A DNA stretch of 64,000 bases from Enoplolaimus lenunculus (taxonomy: Eukaryota), in contig JASANG010003092.1 of the NCBI GenBank assembly GCA_030248215.1, positions 806,001 through 870,000 of the forward strand. Reading direction: 5' to 3'. Positions 50,301 through 63,350 of this stretch are shown piece after piece. The translations under genes were made by a program, and so were the position numbers. The notes below the pieces were generated by a model. It saw only the letters and a list, made by a program, of their open reading frames with translations. It did not search any database and was not told the DNA's origin. Within the stretch, counting starts at the first letter, position 1. The number at the start of each line of letters is the position of its first letter.

Positions 50301-53300
50301 AATCAGCTTGGCGAAATTAGACTTCGCTGGTGGTCGGCACTCCCTTCAACGTTGCCCTTAAATTCAGAGCTTTATACGCGGTTGCACTTTGACAGTGGGC
50401 GATTACAAACCTTAACACAAGGATCTGGCCATTTCCGTTTGTTAGGAAAAAGTGAGTGTTTGTATTATTCCATGAGAATTCGTTTGTTTCATACTAAAAC
50501 AACACACAAAATTATTATATTAGTGTATGTATATATGCATATAGGTACAACTGGCGCATGCTAAAACAGTTCCAAATTTTAAAGCTAATTTGCGTGGAAA
50601 TTAGAACAGAAAAAAGATAAATCAAAGAGAAAACTGCGCTGAATTTCTAACCGTATCCAATTTCTGGTTCGAAGCTACAAGACTTATCTCCAACGGGATA
50701 TATAGGTGCTACTCAAATTTAGAATACCGGTTTGATATATAAATCAAAATCCAATGTTCAATTAAACATTCAGTTCCCTGATGCATTTTCCATATTATTT
50801 CGCATATAACCTGTTGTGTCTAAGTTACAAACTTTTTCCATTTTGTCCTTTGAATAATATTCGAATATTTTAACAAATTCTGGACAAAACTATATTTCCA
50901 GCGTAACTAGAACAGAAACTATACTACTATGGCAAAGTGTTTACGAACTGGAACAATCTTTCTAAGGATGAAGTTCCACTGTCGCTTATTACTACCAGGG
51001 ACGGGAGTCTCGATGAAGAAGTTGAGACATTCTTCGAGACTGCGAATTGAGACATTTTTGACAATCTCAGAAATTTTTTGCGCCAATACCGAAACATTTC
51101 AGAAAAATTCTACATCAAGAACCTTAAAGGTTCTACTACGCTTAAAAACGTTAATAATAAAATAACTTTGGGAAAGAAAACAACGCAAACTCGGTATATT
51201 AATCTATTTGGCACAAAATATACCAGGGTGCAATTGGAATTTCAATTCCCATTAGAATTCCGATTCAAATTCGATTCAACAATCAATCTGAATCGGAATT
51301 TTGAAATATTAACACTAATCATACTTTGTAATTTGTTAGCTGTACAAAACCAAAAAAATCATCGCCAATTTTGTTTATGCGACGTTTTTAAAAATTGTTG
51401 CCAGCAAACAGACACCATTTAATCAATATTATAAAATTGCAATGTCGCAGGATCCCATCTCTAATCCCTGCACAACTAGCAATACCTTGAACTGTTCAGA
51501 CGCAACAACTTTGTTCGTTCGCGCGTCAAAAAATAGTACAAGATCGTCCTTGTTTCCAATAGCGATGGTGTTGCCGTCCGGAGACCAGGATACATTGATA
51601 TTCTCACCTGAAATAATACCCATAATCTCGCGAAAGAACATTCAACATGTAGAATCATTGGCATTAACGTGCATAATACCTTTTTCGTTCATTAAACGCT
51701 GTAGACTTAAACTCCACCCTTGACGGATATTTGCAGCTGTACTCCAGAATATCATAAAAGTGCAATTTGCATACATGCGGAAATATGTACCAACCAGTCA
51801 GGGTGCAACCGGAATTACAATTTACCGGAACCGGAACCGGAATTTGAAAATTTTACCGGAACCGGAACCGGAACCGGAAAGTGAAAAATGCATTTCACCA
51901 AAAATTTCATTTTAATCTTTTTTTTTTGCTCTATTATTTGTGAAATAACCTTAGTCGAACATAGGTATTTATTTTATTTGTTGTATTTTAGATTTTCATC
52001 ATCGAATGAAGTGAAATCTACCATTAATGGCTTATATTCGGAGTACAAGTGGCTTTCAAAAGAGATTTTTAAAAATTAGCAAAGTTAAGAAAACGGCCAA
52101 ATTATAATACCGGAATTTTTAAATCCGGTAAAAATTTACCGGAACCGGAACCGGAAGGTGAAAAAATGCCGGAACCACTAACAATATTAAAATTTTAAAT
52201 CAGTAGAAAGATAACGACTTAAATACTTATATGCTCTATCTGGTATACATCTCACTTCAATTTCGGTAATAAGTTCACTATCCGGTATACAAAAAATTTA
52301 ATATGCGGTCGATCCCTGGCTCATTTTAAAGTAAAACAACTTTGCCATTATTACCTACGGACAAACTTTAGACTAAAAACCAAGAATTTCTATGTACCTT
52401 TAGTCATCAGCTGAGAGGAATGTTTTCGAGATCGTGCGTCCCATATCCGAGCAGGTTTATCGCCCCCTGCCGATACCATTACGTCCGGATGAGTTGGATG
52501 CCAGCACAGCTGATCAACTTCGTGCTGATGACCAGTCAACATCGTTTGACAGAACTGAAAATAGCAACGCTGTGTTAATTTCCAGGGTACACCAGAGGTC
52601 TACCTCCGGATCCGACAGAAAATCGAGCGCCGGATACAGCTCCGGTAGAATTTTTGATAGAGTTTCCGTCAATTTCAGTACTGAAAACTTTTTCGGTTTT
52701 TTATTGCAGGTTCTCAATCATTTGTTCAGCCAAAGGCAACCATTCGGTTGTTCCTACAGGCACAAAATTGAAATCAACGCACCAAACGACTTTTGTCCGA
52801 ATCAAACGCATAAAGGCAGATTGATTTATCAAGGGAACCTGATGCCAGCCGTCTACCATCACAACTCCATCCGACTGAATGAATCTATAAAAATAAGACC
52901 TATATTATCAAACGTGTGTAACACTGCGCCAGTTAGTTGCAGGTCTTGCGACTTTCAAACCAGTGAATGAGCATCGAAATTAAGCACATTTTTCGCATTT
53001 GATTCGTGCTAGCGCTAATTTTGGGATCTGCATTACATGCATTACTATGCGTATTTAAGAATGTGGGCTCATTCTTTAAGCTAAATATATTAAGCTATAG
53101 ATTACACAAAACACAAATCTTAAACTGAATTGCGTACTCAAATTGCAAAAAGGCATTTCTTAGCGAATCAATCATTTCCTTATACAGTGCAACTTTTGGC
53201 CAATGAAAAGAACAGGGCCAGAACATTATTATAAGCATATTATGAAGCCTAAGCCTAGCCTAAGCCTAAGAATGAACTTATCCCTAAGCCTAAGCCAAGC

Positions 53301-53612
53301 AAATAATTAGTATAAAGCTTAAGCTTACTCTATGGTAGTCTCACAGAAAAACGTTTCGCCCCTGATCTTTACATGGGCACAACTTTTAAATACTGATAAA
53401 AATATAAAACTCATAAGATGCCACATTATGCTTTAAATTGTACGTGTTAACAAAACATTTCCCTGTTAAATTCCAGCTGAAAGTGCAGTTAAATGAAAAC
53501 ATTACCAAAATTTTAGACTGTTTACCTTTTCTTTATGAGAATAATACGTTCGCAGTTTATCGTTCTTCGTGAAGTGTGAAACATACGAATCGTAATCTTG
53601 TAGGGGTAGCAT
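47388..53612 (-). CDS. THOC3: THO complex subunit 3 (Tex1, WD40), ~330 aa; exons 53612-53526, 52884-52783, 52554-52398, 51607-51486, 50493-50411, 49889-49856, 48777-48650, 48109-48009, 47566-47388
   Basis: Spliced peptides IHSVGWSCDGRRLASGSLDK, VDQLCWHPT, GENINVSWSPDG..IAIGNKDD, FFLTNGNG, AHPAN..CIKFDPTGKYFAVG..DALVS.WD, SFSHDG...SEDH and TVAWHPKEYLLAYACDDK match THOC3. Introns are in phase. Confidence 0.93.
51799..52318. mobile_element. hAT-like element with (ACCGGA)n subterminal repeats
   Basis: CAGGGTGCAACC start, CCCTG end and repeated ACCGGAACCGGA. Related starts near 54137, 52582 and 45448. Confidence 0.55.
53198..53379. mobile_element. TTAGGC-carrying MITE in THOC3 intron 1
   Basis: Perfect TSD CAACTTTT and family TIRs. 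Confidence 0.85.
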
Positions 53613-56090
53613 ATCTTGATTTACTACTCTTAATATTTTACAAAACTGAAATCAGTAGCCAACCAAGTTTTTAGTTCCTATATCCCATACTACTATCCGT
53701 AAATGACGATTTAAAAATTCTAATTTAGAACACATAAATGTCAATCATAACCAATTACGATATATAATGGAAGTCAGAATCTCAGTTATGGTCTCAAGTC
53801 TCAAAAATGCCTGAGACTCGAGTGTGCCAGTCTCAATCTGTCTCAGCTTATGAAAAGTCTCAGGCTTATAATCTAAAACTCTCGGTATTGTTTATGCCTA
53901 TTTCAAAGCCATATGCCTGTTTCTAAACCAGAATCGAGGCTTAGTCAGTAGAAAAGTTACACACTAACAATGTTCTAGCTTTGTAACACGCACAGTTTGT
54001 ATAAATTCAATTCGCTAAATCTTCAAAAACATAGCTAATAATGGTTCGAATTTTTGGTTTCTGACTTTCTTGCTCGCAAAGTTAACTAACTGGTTCGTTA
54101 AAATTCAGCGTGCAAGTAGACCGATACGGTTGTACTCAGGGTGCAAAGCGGAACTGGATTATACCGGAATCGGAAAAGCAAACTTATACCGGAATCGGAA
54201 CTACAAATTTTGTGACTTATACGGATAAGTTGTACTAACAAGTATAATATTGATTTAGGGTGTCTGTTGGCTGGCAACAATTCTCAAAAACGCCGCAAGA
54301 ACAAACTGGCAATCATTTTTTGGCTCTGTAAAGCTAAACTTATTAACTATTAATAAGTTAACTCATCGACAATTTAATAGATAAACGATGCAAAATTTTT
54401 AAACAACATATGACAACAAGTAGGCCTAAAGTAATGGTTTGGCAGACAAAAATTAAACATCCAGTTAGATTTTATACTGCGATGTCCGTTATTTCGAGCA
54501 CTATCTGTTTTCCCTATTTTAGGAGCATTGTTTCCTCTATTTTTTTTACCCGATTACACCCTATATTTAATATTAACATTAGCAGCTGTAGCATCACTTT
54601 TTACCCCATTCCCTTTAACTCAGACTTCGGTTTTCCCATACGGTTCAAACCTCATCAGTTCCTTATTAGTTTATTCGCCCGACAGTATAATACACCGCTC
54701 CTTCACACAAACTTAAGCATTAAAACCCACAATTGTGACAAAAGTATCTGCCCATAACTACTCAATCACTGTTCAACGTACAAAATTAAATTTATTTTGT
54801 TTCAAATTAACCACCAAACATTCAAATGCGCAATGCATACAAGCTCAGCTTGCAGGATGTTGACTTGCCGACTGTAACTGATATGGTTACAGCTGGCAGT
54901 ATTAACGTAATACCGTGGTACAACCGGAGGTCTGCCTACGGCTTCGGCAGATAATCGACCTCCGGCTCCGGCAGAATTTCCGACCGGAGGTTTCCGCAAT
55001 TATGTAGTGAAATTTTGTAGAATTTTTCAAAAATTATTTTTGTGTTCTGATGTTAACTTTTGGTACAATTTATGAGGAACAAATTGGTAACATTTTGTAA
55101 AAAAACTAATTTGAAACCATAAGATTTAACAACACCTTACAGATGTTTCCTAAAATTAGCAAATTATAAACAGCATTTTAAATACTTAATTGCGCTTCAC
55201 CTCCGGCTTCGGTACTTTTCTACTTTTCACCTCCGGTAACAGAAATTGGTCCTAAAACAGAACCAAAGCCATCAAACGTAACAAATTCCAGAATTTAGGA
55301 AAGAATTCAGTTGCCAACGTTCTCCCGGAGCCAGAGTCCAATTTTCTGCCAGAGGAAGGCGTCCGGTTGCACCCTCGTTGAAAGCAACCTTGAATGACAA
55401 TCCATACTGTAAGAACATCACGAAGCAAAGAAACCAATTTCAAAAAATATAATTAAGACTACATGATAATATAGTTCCAATAAGGAATTGTGTCAAAAAT
55501 AAAACGCTATGTTAAACGCTTTTCTCGTTGCAAACAGTATTTTTCAAAACGCATTTTTGTAAGTGGAGAAAGTGATAATGTAACAAAACGCTGTTGCGTA
55601 AATGTTTTTTCGCGTTTGTCAAAACGCTGTTTTAACATTAGCAAACGCGCGTTTTTCAAAACACAAAAGTGTTCCGTACTTTTGACACGAGTCATAAATA
55701 CAATGCAGACGGCTTAGCCTAAGTTATACTAGTATAAAGCTTAAATTTACTCTATTATGGTCCCTCCAAGAAATAATTCACCACTCAAAATAACATGGGC
55801 CAGTGAACTGTTTAATTCAGGATGACCACTGATAAAATTTGAAGAATTTTAACGATTTTGAGAAATTTTTTACATGTTTTCCAAATGTTTTAAAGTGGAA
55901 TGAGCAAACCTTCATAGTTTTACCACACGATGTTTTCACAGGCAAGGGGCGCTCAGATTCAGCTCCACGGTGCACATATATCCCTTATAATGAAGCCGTG
56001 TGGTGCCGCACGTCATACTGAAAAATAATTATGGTAAACATAGTGGTGCTGCAGACGAGCACACGATCTAGGGTAACAACCAGTTGTGCT

Positions 56091-56334
56091 TAGGGATCGA
56101 CCGGATCCGAGATCCGGGCCGGATCTCTGCAATTTTTAAGATCCGGATCCGGTAAAATAAACTACCGGATCTCCGGATCCGAAATTTGATATACAAACAA
56201 AAACATACCAATATTGGTGTATGTATTTCAACTATGGTATTGAAAAATTATCCAGCTAGTAAGATCCGGATCCGGATCTGAATTTTAAGATCCGGATTCG
56301 GTAAATGCAAAATCTTGGATCCGGTCGTTCCCTA
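56091..56334. mobile_element. hAT-type MITE with CCGGAT subterminal repeats
   Basis: TAGGGATCGACCGGATCC / GGATCCGGTCGTTCCCTA termini. Perfect TSD GTTGTGCT. Confidence 0.85.
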
Positions 56335-56656
56335 GTTGTGCTAGTTAAACCTTGTACCAAGCAATTGTAGTAGGTAATGGAAAACCGGCCACATTAAACA
56401 CACCAACAAAAAGTAATAGCAATGGACAGAAATAGGCGATTGACGATTTCAGGCAGTTCTAGTATGCGACAAAATGCATTGCAAAACTTGTCCTACATGC
56501 CCCAACTTTTCATACTCTCTCGTTCGGGAGCAACGATAACAATTAAAACGTCAGGCAACTAACTAGGTTTACATTAAACTAATTTGATAAATGAGTGCTT
56601 AACCCAATTAGGCTGTACTGAGGCCAATAATACCTATTTTCATCCAACAGAAACTA

Positions 56657-59600
56657 TCACGAGGTTTCCTTTAACCTCAATGAGTCTAAATTAGCTATTA
56701 GTCCGCCATTTTCTTCCTGCCGAATACTTCTTGGTTTACTATCAACCTCCACATCTTCTTCCTCGCGGCAATTATTGCTATTATAGCTTTCATCGTCAGA
56801 ACTGCTTAACTCCTCATCTGGGATATCGTCGGCGTCAAACAAATCTTCATTAATTTCAATATCACCAGCAGATGTCGCTACAGCCTTTATTAATTTTGTC
56901 GGATCCGTCGACGTAAAACCATCGCTCCTGCCGCACGCGCCTTTGAGTTCACCTGCAAAAAGTAAGAATGAAGCACCAAGAGCCTAGGCAGTATTTTGGA
57001 AACATGCGGCTAAATAAAATACAATTCCGAAGAGGATTCTCATGTAATACAAACTGAAAATGTTCCTAAAAACCCCCAGGACAAAGATCAAAGGAGAGTT
57101 GACACCTAACCCGCGGGTGATGCTACTGTGGCCGATTATCAGAATCAAACATTAATGAAAGAATAAAATATTACCACAGGATGATGTAGGATGATCGAAC
57201 TCTGAAATTTCTCCATCGTTTTCCACACGAAACATATCATCATTGAGCTCGTGAATTTTAATTTTTTCACATTTCTGAAGCACAGTAGCAAAACAGTTTC
57301 AGTCTAAAGAGGTTATGCAGTATTTATGGCAATGCTAAATAAGTCATGTAATTTGAAAATAAATTAAGAATTGCAGTATTTATGGCAATGCTAAATAAGT
57401 CATGTAATTTGAAAATAAATTAAGAATAAATTAAGAATGTTATAAGATCTACCTAACATTAAAGGCAATAAATTAAGAATAAGATCTACCTAACAGTAAA
57501 GCCAACTGATGGCGGCTCTCAGCTGTCGAATCGCTAGTTTCACAACATGCAGGTCACGGACAGAATTAAGTGCAGCGGTGATCGCGTACCAAACAGCTGA
57601 ATTGTTGGTTGTTTCCTTTACACAATAGCTCGCAGACTGGATTTGTACTGCTCGCGGTAATTGCGAGAATTACCCTTGACCGACACCGCGGTTGACTAGT
57701 ATTATATTATTTAAGATCGAATAAGGGTAAGTGCCCAGCCATGAATGTTGCCCAGAGTTTGAAAAAGCGTGGTCACGTCCTATAAAATTTAGTATCAGGG
57801 GAGGGTTCTTGTTTTATACTTTGGAAAAAACCTAAAACCTCTCGACAAAAATCGCCAGAAGAAAAGGGATGGCCCGTGAAACCTACTGGTTAGGCCCTTC
57901 TGGCGAACTTACTTCGCCCTCGGCATCAATTTCATCCTCATCCTCCGCTTCCGCATATCGCGTATCGTCTGCTTCTTCATCGTCTTGAGCCATTAAATCA
58001 GGATTGAAAGTGAACAAATCGCGACCTGATAGCCCGATATTTTTGCCAGCTTTAAATTCTTCGCGTTTCTTTTGATCTTCTTTTGCAGCTTTATCACGCT
58101 TCTCTTTGATCTGCAGCAACAACAACATTACAGTTAAGCGAAGATGACCTGTGAAGTTCACTCCCGCAAACAGGACACAAAAATGCCTAATAAATTTGAT
58201 AACAGTTGTTTTCAAAAAAATATAATATAGCTTGAGGTTCGGCTTGTCTAAAATAATTACTTCAACGATTTTTATTCCAAAAGAAATTCAATGATTACGT
58301 TTACATTTTACAAGTATAACAATAAGCAAACTTAACTAAGTTGCATACAATAAATATTTTGTAGTGGACAATACACCACATTATACCTTTTTCTTTTTCC
58401 ACTCCAAAAACGATTGTAGAGTCACTTTTGTTAGATCGCCTTTTAAATTTGCACGCTGTAAGAAATTTTTTTTATTTAAAAACCACTAATACGTAGATAA
58501 AACAAAGACATAAAAATTTATTGCATTTTCTAGAAGCCGACTGCAAAAACTCGTAATTTACTATTTAATATCTAAAGAGCTGGTTAAAAACTTGTTTAGA
58601 TGATACTTTGCTTCGTGGTTAATGCAAGAACACTTGTAAGGTTCTAAGCTGTGTTCCTTCAAGAAGCTAATTATTCGTATTTTATGGCGGTTAAAAACAC
58701 GAAGCTGCTGTACACATACTTAAAAAATGTCGGCAAAGTAAAATATACAGTAAAGCAAAAGGCTGTTCAAGGTTCAAGATCTGGCGCCGATTTTTATATC
58801 TGACCATAATTTTGAGGCTATATACTTGAATAGAACCCGTTAATAAATCAACCGCTATGTTTACAACAAAATGTTCTACCTATAAGCCGAATAGCTTGTT
58901 TTGGCTGCTTCTAACTAAATCGCATTGAGCTTACCTCATTTTCAATAAGTTCTTCAAGTGAAATAACATCTAGTTTCGATACTTCGTCTAATTTCTTCCT
59001 ATCTTTCTTCAATATATAACCTTGCGGAAGAGCGTGACGATAGATGCATGACGGGCCGTTGGGGCACTCCCAAAACCAACCGTATTTGCTGTCTTCTAAG
59101 GCCTCGAGAAAGTATTTACATATCTGAAAAAACTCATGTTGACGCTATTGACCAACGCCCACAGCGATAGCACATGTCAGATCTAAGAAACCAGTGATAG
59201 CGTAATTTCGACCCTATGTCTTTACGCTCGTGAAGTTGTAAATAGCTGCCAGCAACTGACAAACTCAAGCAAACATGTTTCAGTTTCAGAATAACAGGCT
59301 TGAAGTTGAAATTTACTGTTTCGGAAACAGAACTACACTTAAAGCAAATGCCCGTCGAATTCTCAAATTGTTAAAAATATTGATCTACATATAAGATTAT
59401 ATCTTAAATGCCGCTAATATTGTATCTCCGTTTCTTACTGAATAGGGATTTAGAAGCCCTTAGTTGTTTTTGAGCTAGTTTAGAAGAACAGGGATTCTGT
59501 TATTCTATGTAGAATTTTTTCTGATGTTTGTGTTGTCTATGGTGATTCAGAAATTTGAATTTGAACTTTTGAACCAAACCGCCAAAAAAGAATCTTACAA

Positions 59601-61655
59601 TCGCTGTTTTTGGTTTTGCTTTATTCGACTCTCCATGTTTCTTGTCAACAACTTCATTCAGCTTGTCTTCATCCCAATCGTCTATTGTATCATCGCGTTC
59701 ATCGACATAGATGTTTCGCTTTTCCGATTTAAATTCTATTGATAAATCGTGAGAAAATTTACACTTCGCACCTTTTTGACACATGCCTTGCTTGAAAAAC
59801 ATACACAGTACGGATTTCGGATCAACGTCTGAAATTTTACATTTCAGCATTAAATACTTAGATACTTAAAGGAAGATGGCTACAGTGCGCAGACAACGGA
59901 TGTGCATTACGTTATGACTTTTTTAGTAGAAAACTAGCTTCGTGATTTTGCATCTCGCGCCTACATTTTGAATAGTAACGTATCGTACCAAATTAAATAG
60001 GCTGGAGAATTTATCAGATAGCTGCACAACGATAACTTGTGAAATACATTTGAGACACAACCCTCCCGACATATCTTTAGGAAAATATCGTATGTAATAC
60101 GTAAAAGCAAACTGAAGAGGGAAAAAGTTTTATCAACATGCTTGTTCTTTGACTAATGAATAACCTACGTAAGTGTACTTGGGTTTCAATTACGAACGCT
60201 TCATTAGGATTGGTTAAAATGGATGAGATGTGGAGACATAACAAGTCTCGTTTTAAGCTATTAATTCGACATTTTACTTCTGTTTAGCAGCTTTGATCTA
60301 AGTCAAAGATTGCTTGGTAAACTATCAAAGGTGAGCCTAACATAAACTCATGCCTTTGTTTAAAAATTTAGATCATGCTCAGTCTATATGTTATACAAAA
60401 TTCCGGGTTCAGTTAGCCCAGAAAAGAAACCTGAGTCCGCGCAGTTTTCGATTCTCAAAAATTCCAAGACCAGGAACGGGTATTTAGCATTTATTATGTT
60501 GCAACTATGTTTCTTAGCTTTGCTATTTACCGACAATATTGTCAGAGTAATAAATAGTATTACTTTAACCGAACCACAAACAGAGCGGCTGTACTGCGTT
60601 GCCTATTGCATCTTTCCGACAGCCAAAAACAAATATTAGTTATCACTACCAAGCGACTGTCAATAAACTAACGTGATTACATATATACTTAGACACTTCG
60701 ACCTTTATGTCCATATACTGTTAGGCATTGTATTTCGACGCCCAAGCGTAGATATGTATGGTTTCAAAACCGCTTTCACCGAACCTACTTTTATCCATTT
60801 TTGGCATGGCAGCGATTGGCTTCAAAATCTTATCGAGCGCAAGATCATCTTCTTTCTCATTTTGCTTAGCTTTCTTTTCGGCGAAAGCCTGGTCGGCAAG
60901 CTAAAACCGTCTTAACATAAAGCATTACGAATGTATACTTTAAACTTCAGATACATCCGTTCATAAAAATTGCTAGTGCTACCTAGAAATTAAAATCTAT
61001 TTAGTATATCAAAGTGAACCTTTACTTTTAAACTGTTGTACAGCATACTGCGTTATTTGCGTTGTTCTCGAAAAAATCAAAGCTGAACTGGAATCAACTA
61101 AACTGTTCGTAGGTTTACATGCCAGCTTCTAATTTTATCATACGGTATATATCTGTTCCGGCAAATAAACTATAAATAATGTTAAACGCTTACCTTTTGA
61201 GCACTTTGTCCTTTATGTTTCACCTGATTCTCCACATGTTTGATGAACTTTTGTTGTTTTCCACCTTTCTTATTTTTCAGCCCAAACGTCTTGTCCTGCA
61301 AAACGCGGCACACTTGCAGCTATTCCATGTAAATGCGCTTATATACACTAAATTTGTTGCTTACCACTTGACCAAATTTGATTTTTTGCCTACATTTAGA
61401 ATACCTATAAGTTGCATAAGTTGTTTAACACAGGTAACGAGATGGTTATAGGTATGCTAGCAGCTGGAAATGAACAGTGCTTGAGAGAATTCAATCTGAT
61501 GCTACCAAACTCTCAGTCAAGCAAACGCAAAGACACGGAGTCTGCTGCAGGATTGATTTGTATAATATAACACATGTATTCCTCACTTCTATTATTTTTT
61601 CATTCTTCTTGTTTTCTTGCTTTTTGCTTGGACCCGCTTGTTTTTTCGGCGGCAT
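56657..61655 (-). CDS. ZC3H15: Zinc finger CCCH domain protein 15 (DFRP1/Tma46 homolog), ~454 aa; exons 61655-61587, 61295-61194, 60900-60789, 59828-59599, 59123-58935, 58455-58387, 58110-57913, 57274-57175, 56952-56657
   Basis: Peptides MPPKK..., [80 protein letters not shown] and [10 protein letters not shown], followed by an acidic tail. Introns are in phase. Confidence 0.95.
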
Positions 61656-62964
61656 AGCAAGTAATTTACAATGAAATACCCTAAATAAGTGTGTCTACAT
61701 TTCAAACTGCGGATGTACGCATTGTAGGCATGTGAGACATGCTTGTCCTAGTGCATATGCAGTAATGCAATGCACATTGTGTAGTATGCTTGCCTGGAGC
61801 ATACGGTCGACACATATAGTCGACGAGAAGTGCAGTTGGACAGCCGGGCTACGTGGCACGGTGGTAACAGCGTCTGTCTGACACGCCGAAGGTCGACGGT
61901 CTGATGTCCCTCCGTTCCAACCTAGACTGACACGTATTATAACTGAATCAATTTGTGCGATGGGTCTTTCTAGGGTTATATTTAAGAGATAGATTCCTAC
62001 CCAAATGATATACCTCAAATTTCAGTATTGTCAAAAATACTAAAACAGAATGAATCCGATTGAAAAAATATTACATAACACCATAACTATTAACCTAGCT
62101 ACATTATTTTCCGAGATGAATAAACATATAAAATTGTCAATTTGCGATGCCAACTACAAATAGCTCGCGTTTACCATATGAAACTATCTGCTGAAAAAAT
62201 GGTTTGGTTCTAGGCTTACGTTGAGCAATATTTATGCTCATGCTTAGGATTTAGGATCAATCTTAGTGTTTGGACTTAGCTATAAGAGCTATAGCACGGG
62301 ACATGTTTATATTCCAATTTCAGGGGTATCATCCTAATACTAAAATCCCAATTTCCCTTGTAAGCATGTAAGACATGCTTGTCCTAGTGCATATGCAATA
62401 AATGCAATGCACATTGGGTTGTACGGTCGACACATATAGTCGACAAAAAACGCAGTTGAAGAGGCGGACTACGTATCGCAGTGGTAGAGTGCTCGCTTAA
62501 GGATCCGTAGGCTGAGAGTTCGACCCCTGTTCTGGCTTGCGCGCTCCTGTTTACATATGCACGGCAGATATATTTACGTAGGATATATATACTGTATTGA
62601 CCCGAATAGGGGGGGGGCTGATATTTATTTGGCCCCTCTAGAGGGTACCCCCCTTGTTATTCGGTTACGGCCTGTTTTTTATTTTTAACCCACGCTCCGC
62701 CGCCCCTCGTTACTGATATATATCCGGTACAGCAACTATCCTTTGAATTAAACGTATATTTGTCTCGTTTCAATAGTTTGAGCGATAATAAAAGGTTATA
62801 CTTAGGAATGTACTTTCATAATTTAAGTAGGCTTTAAAATTTCGAACTCAAATTGTTTGGTCCTGGAGTCATTTATGCGCTAAAATTTAGGGTTAATTGA
62901 CATTTATTGACTCTAATTAGGGTTTAGGGACTCTATCCGCTCACGGACTCCTATTTTGTCCGGA

Positions 62965-63350
62965 CTGTCCCATCTGTCCCGTTTGTCCCATCTGTCCCAA
63001 CCGTCCCATCTGTCCCAACTGTCCCGTCTGTCCCAAGTGTCCCATCTGTCCCTACTGTCCCAGCTGTCCCATCTGTCCCAACTATCCCAACTGTCCCATC
63101 TGTCCCAACTGTCCCATCTGTCCAAACTGACCCATCTGTCCCAACTGTCCCATTTGTCTCGACTGTCCCATCTGTCCCAACTGTCCCATCTGTCCCATCT
63201 GTCCCGTTTGTCCCAACTGTCCTAATCTGTCTCAACAGTCCCATCTGTCCCAATTGTCCCAATTGCCCCAACTGTCCCATCTGTCCATCTGTCCCAACTT
63301 TCCCAACTGTCCCATCTGTCCCAACTGTCCCAACTGTCTCGCTGTCCCAA
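62965..63350. repeat. 9-bp minisatellite (TGTCCCATC / TGTCCCAAC)n, ~40 units
   Basis: Directly visible. Followed by two inverted GGGAAAATGGGACGG motifs at ~63369-63423. Confidence 0.95.

Noticed and set aside
52434..52970. 178-aa plus-strand ORF
   Set aside because: It is the antisense shadow of THOC3 exons 2-3 plus a repeat fragment, with no ATG start or recognisable motif.
53612..56657. ZC3H15-THOC3 operon
   Set aside because: Same strand, but about 3 kb of repeat-filled spacer separates them. An operon cannot be supported without SL2-type data.
57316..57495. Short local tandem duplications (also 33056-33150)
   Set aside because: Ordinary slippage-type duplications in non-coding DNA.
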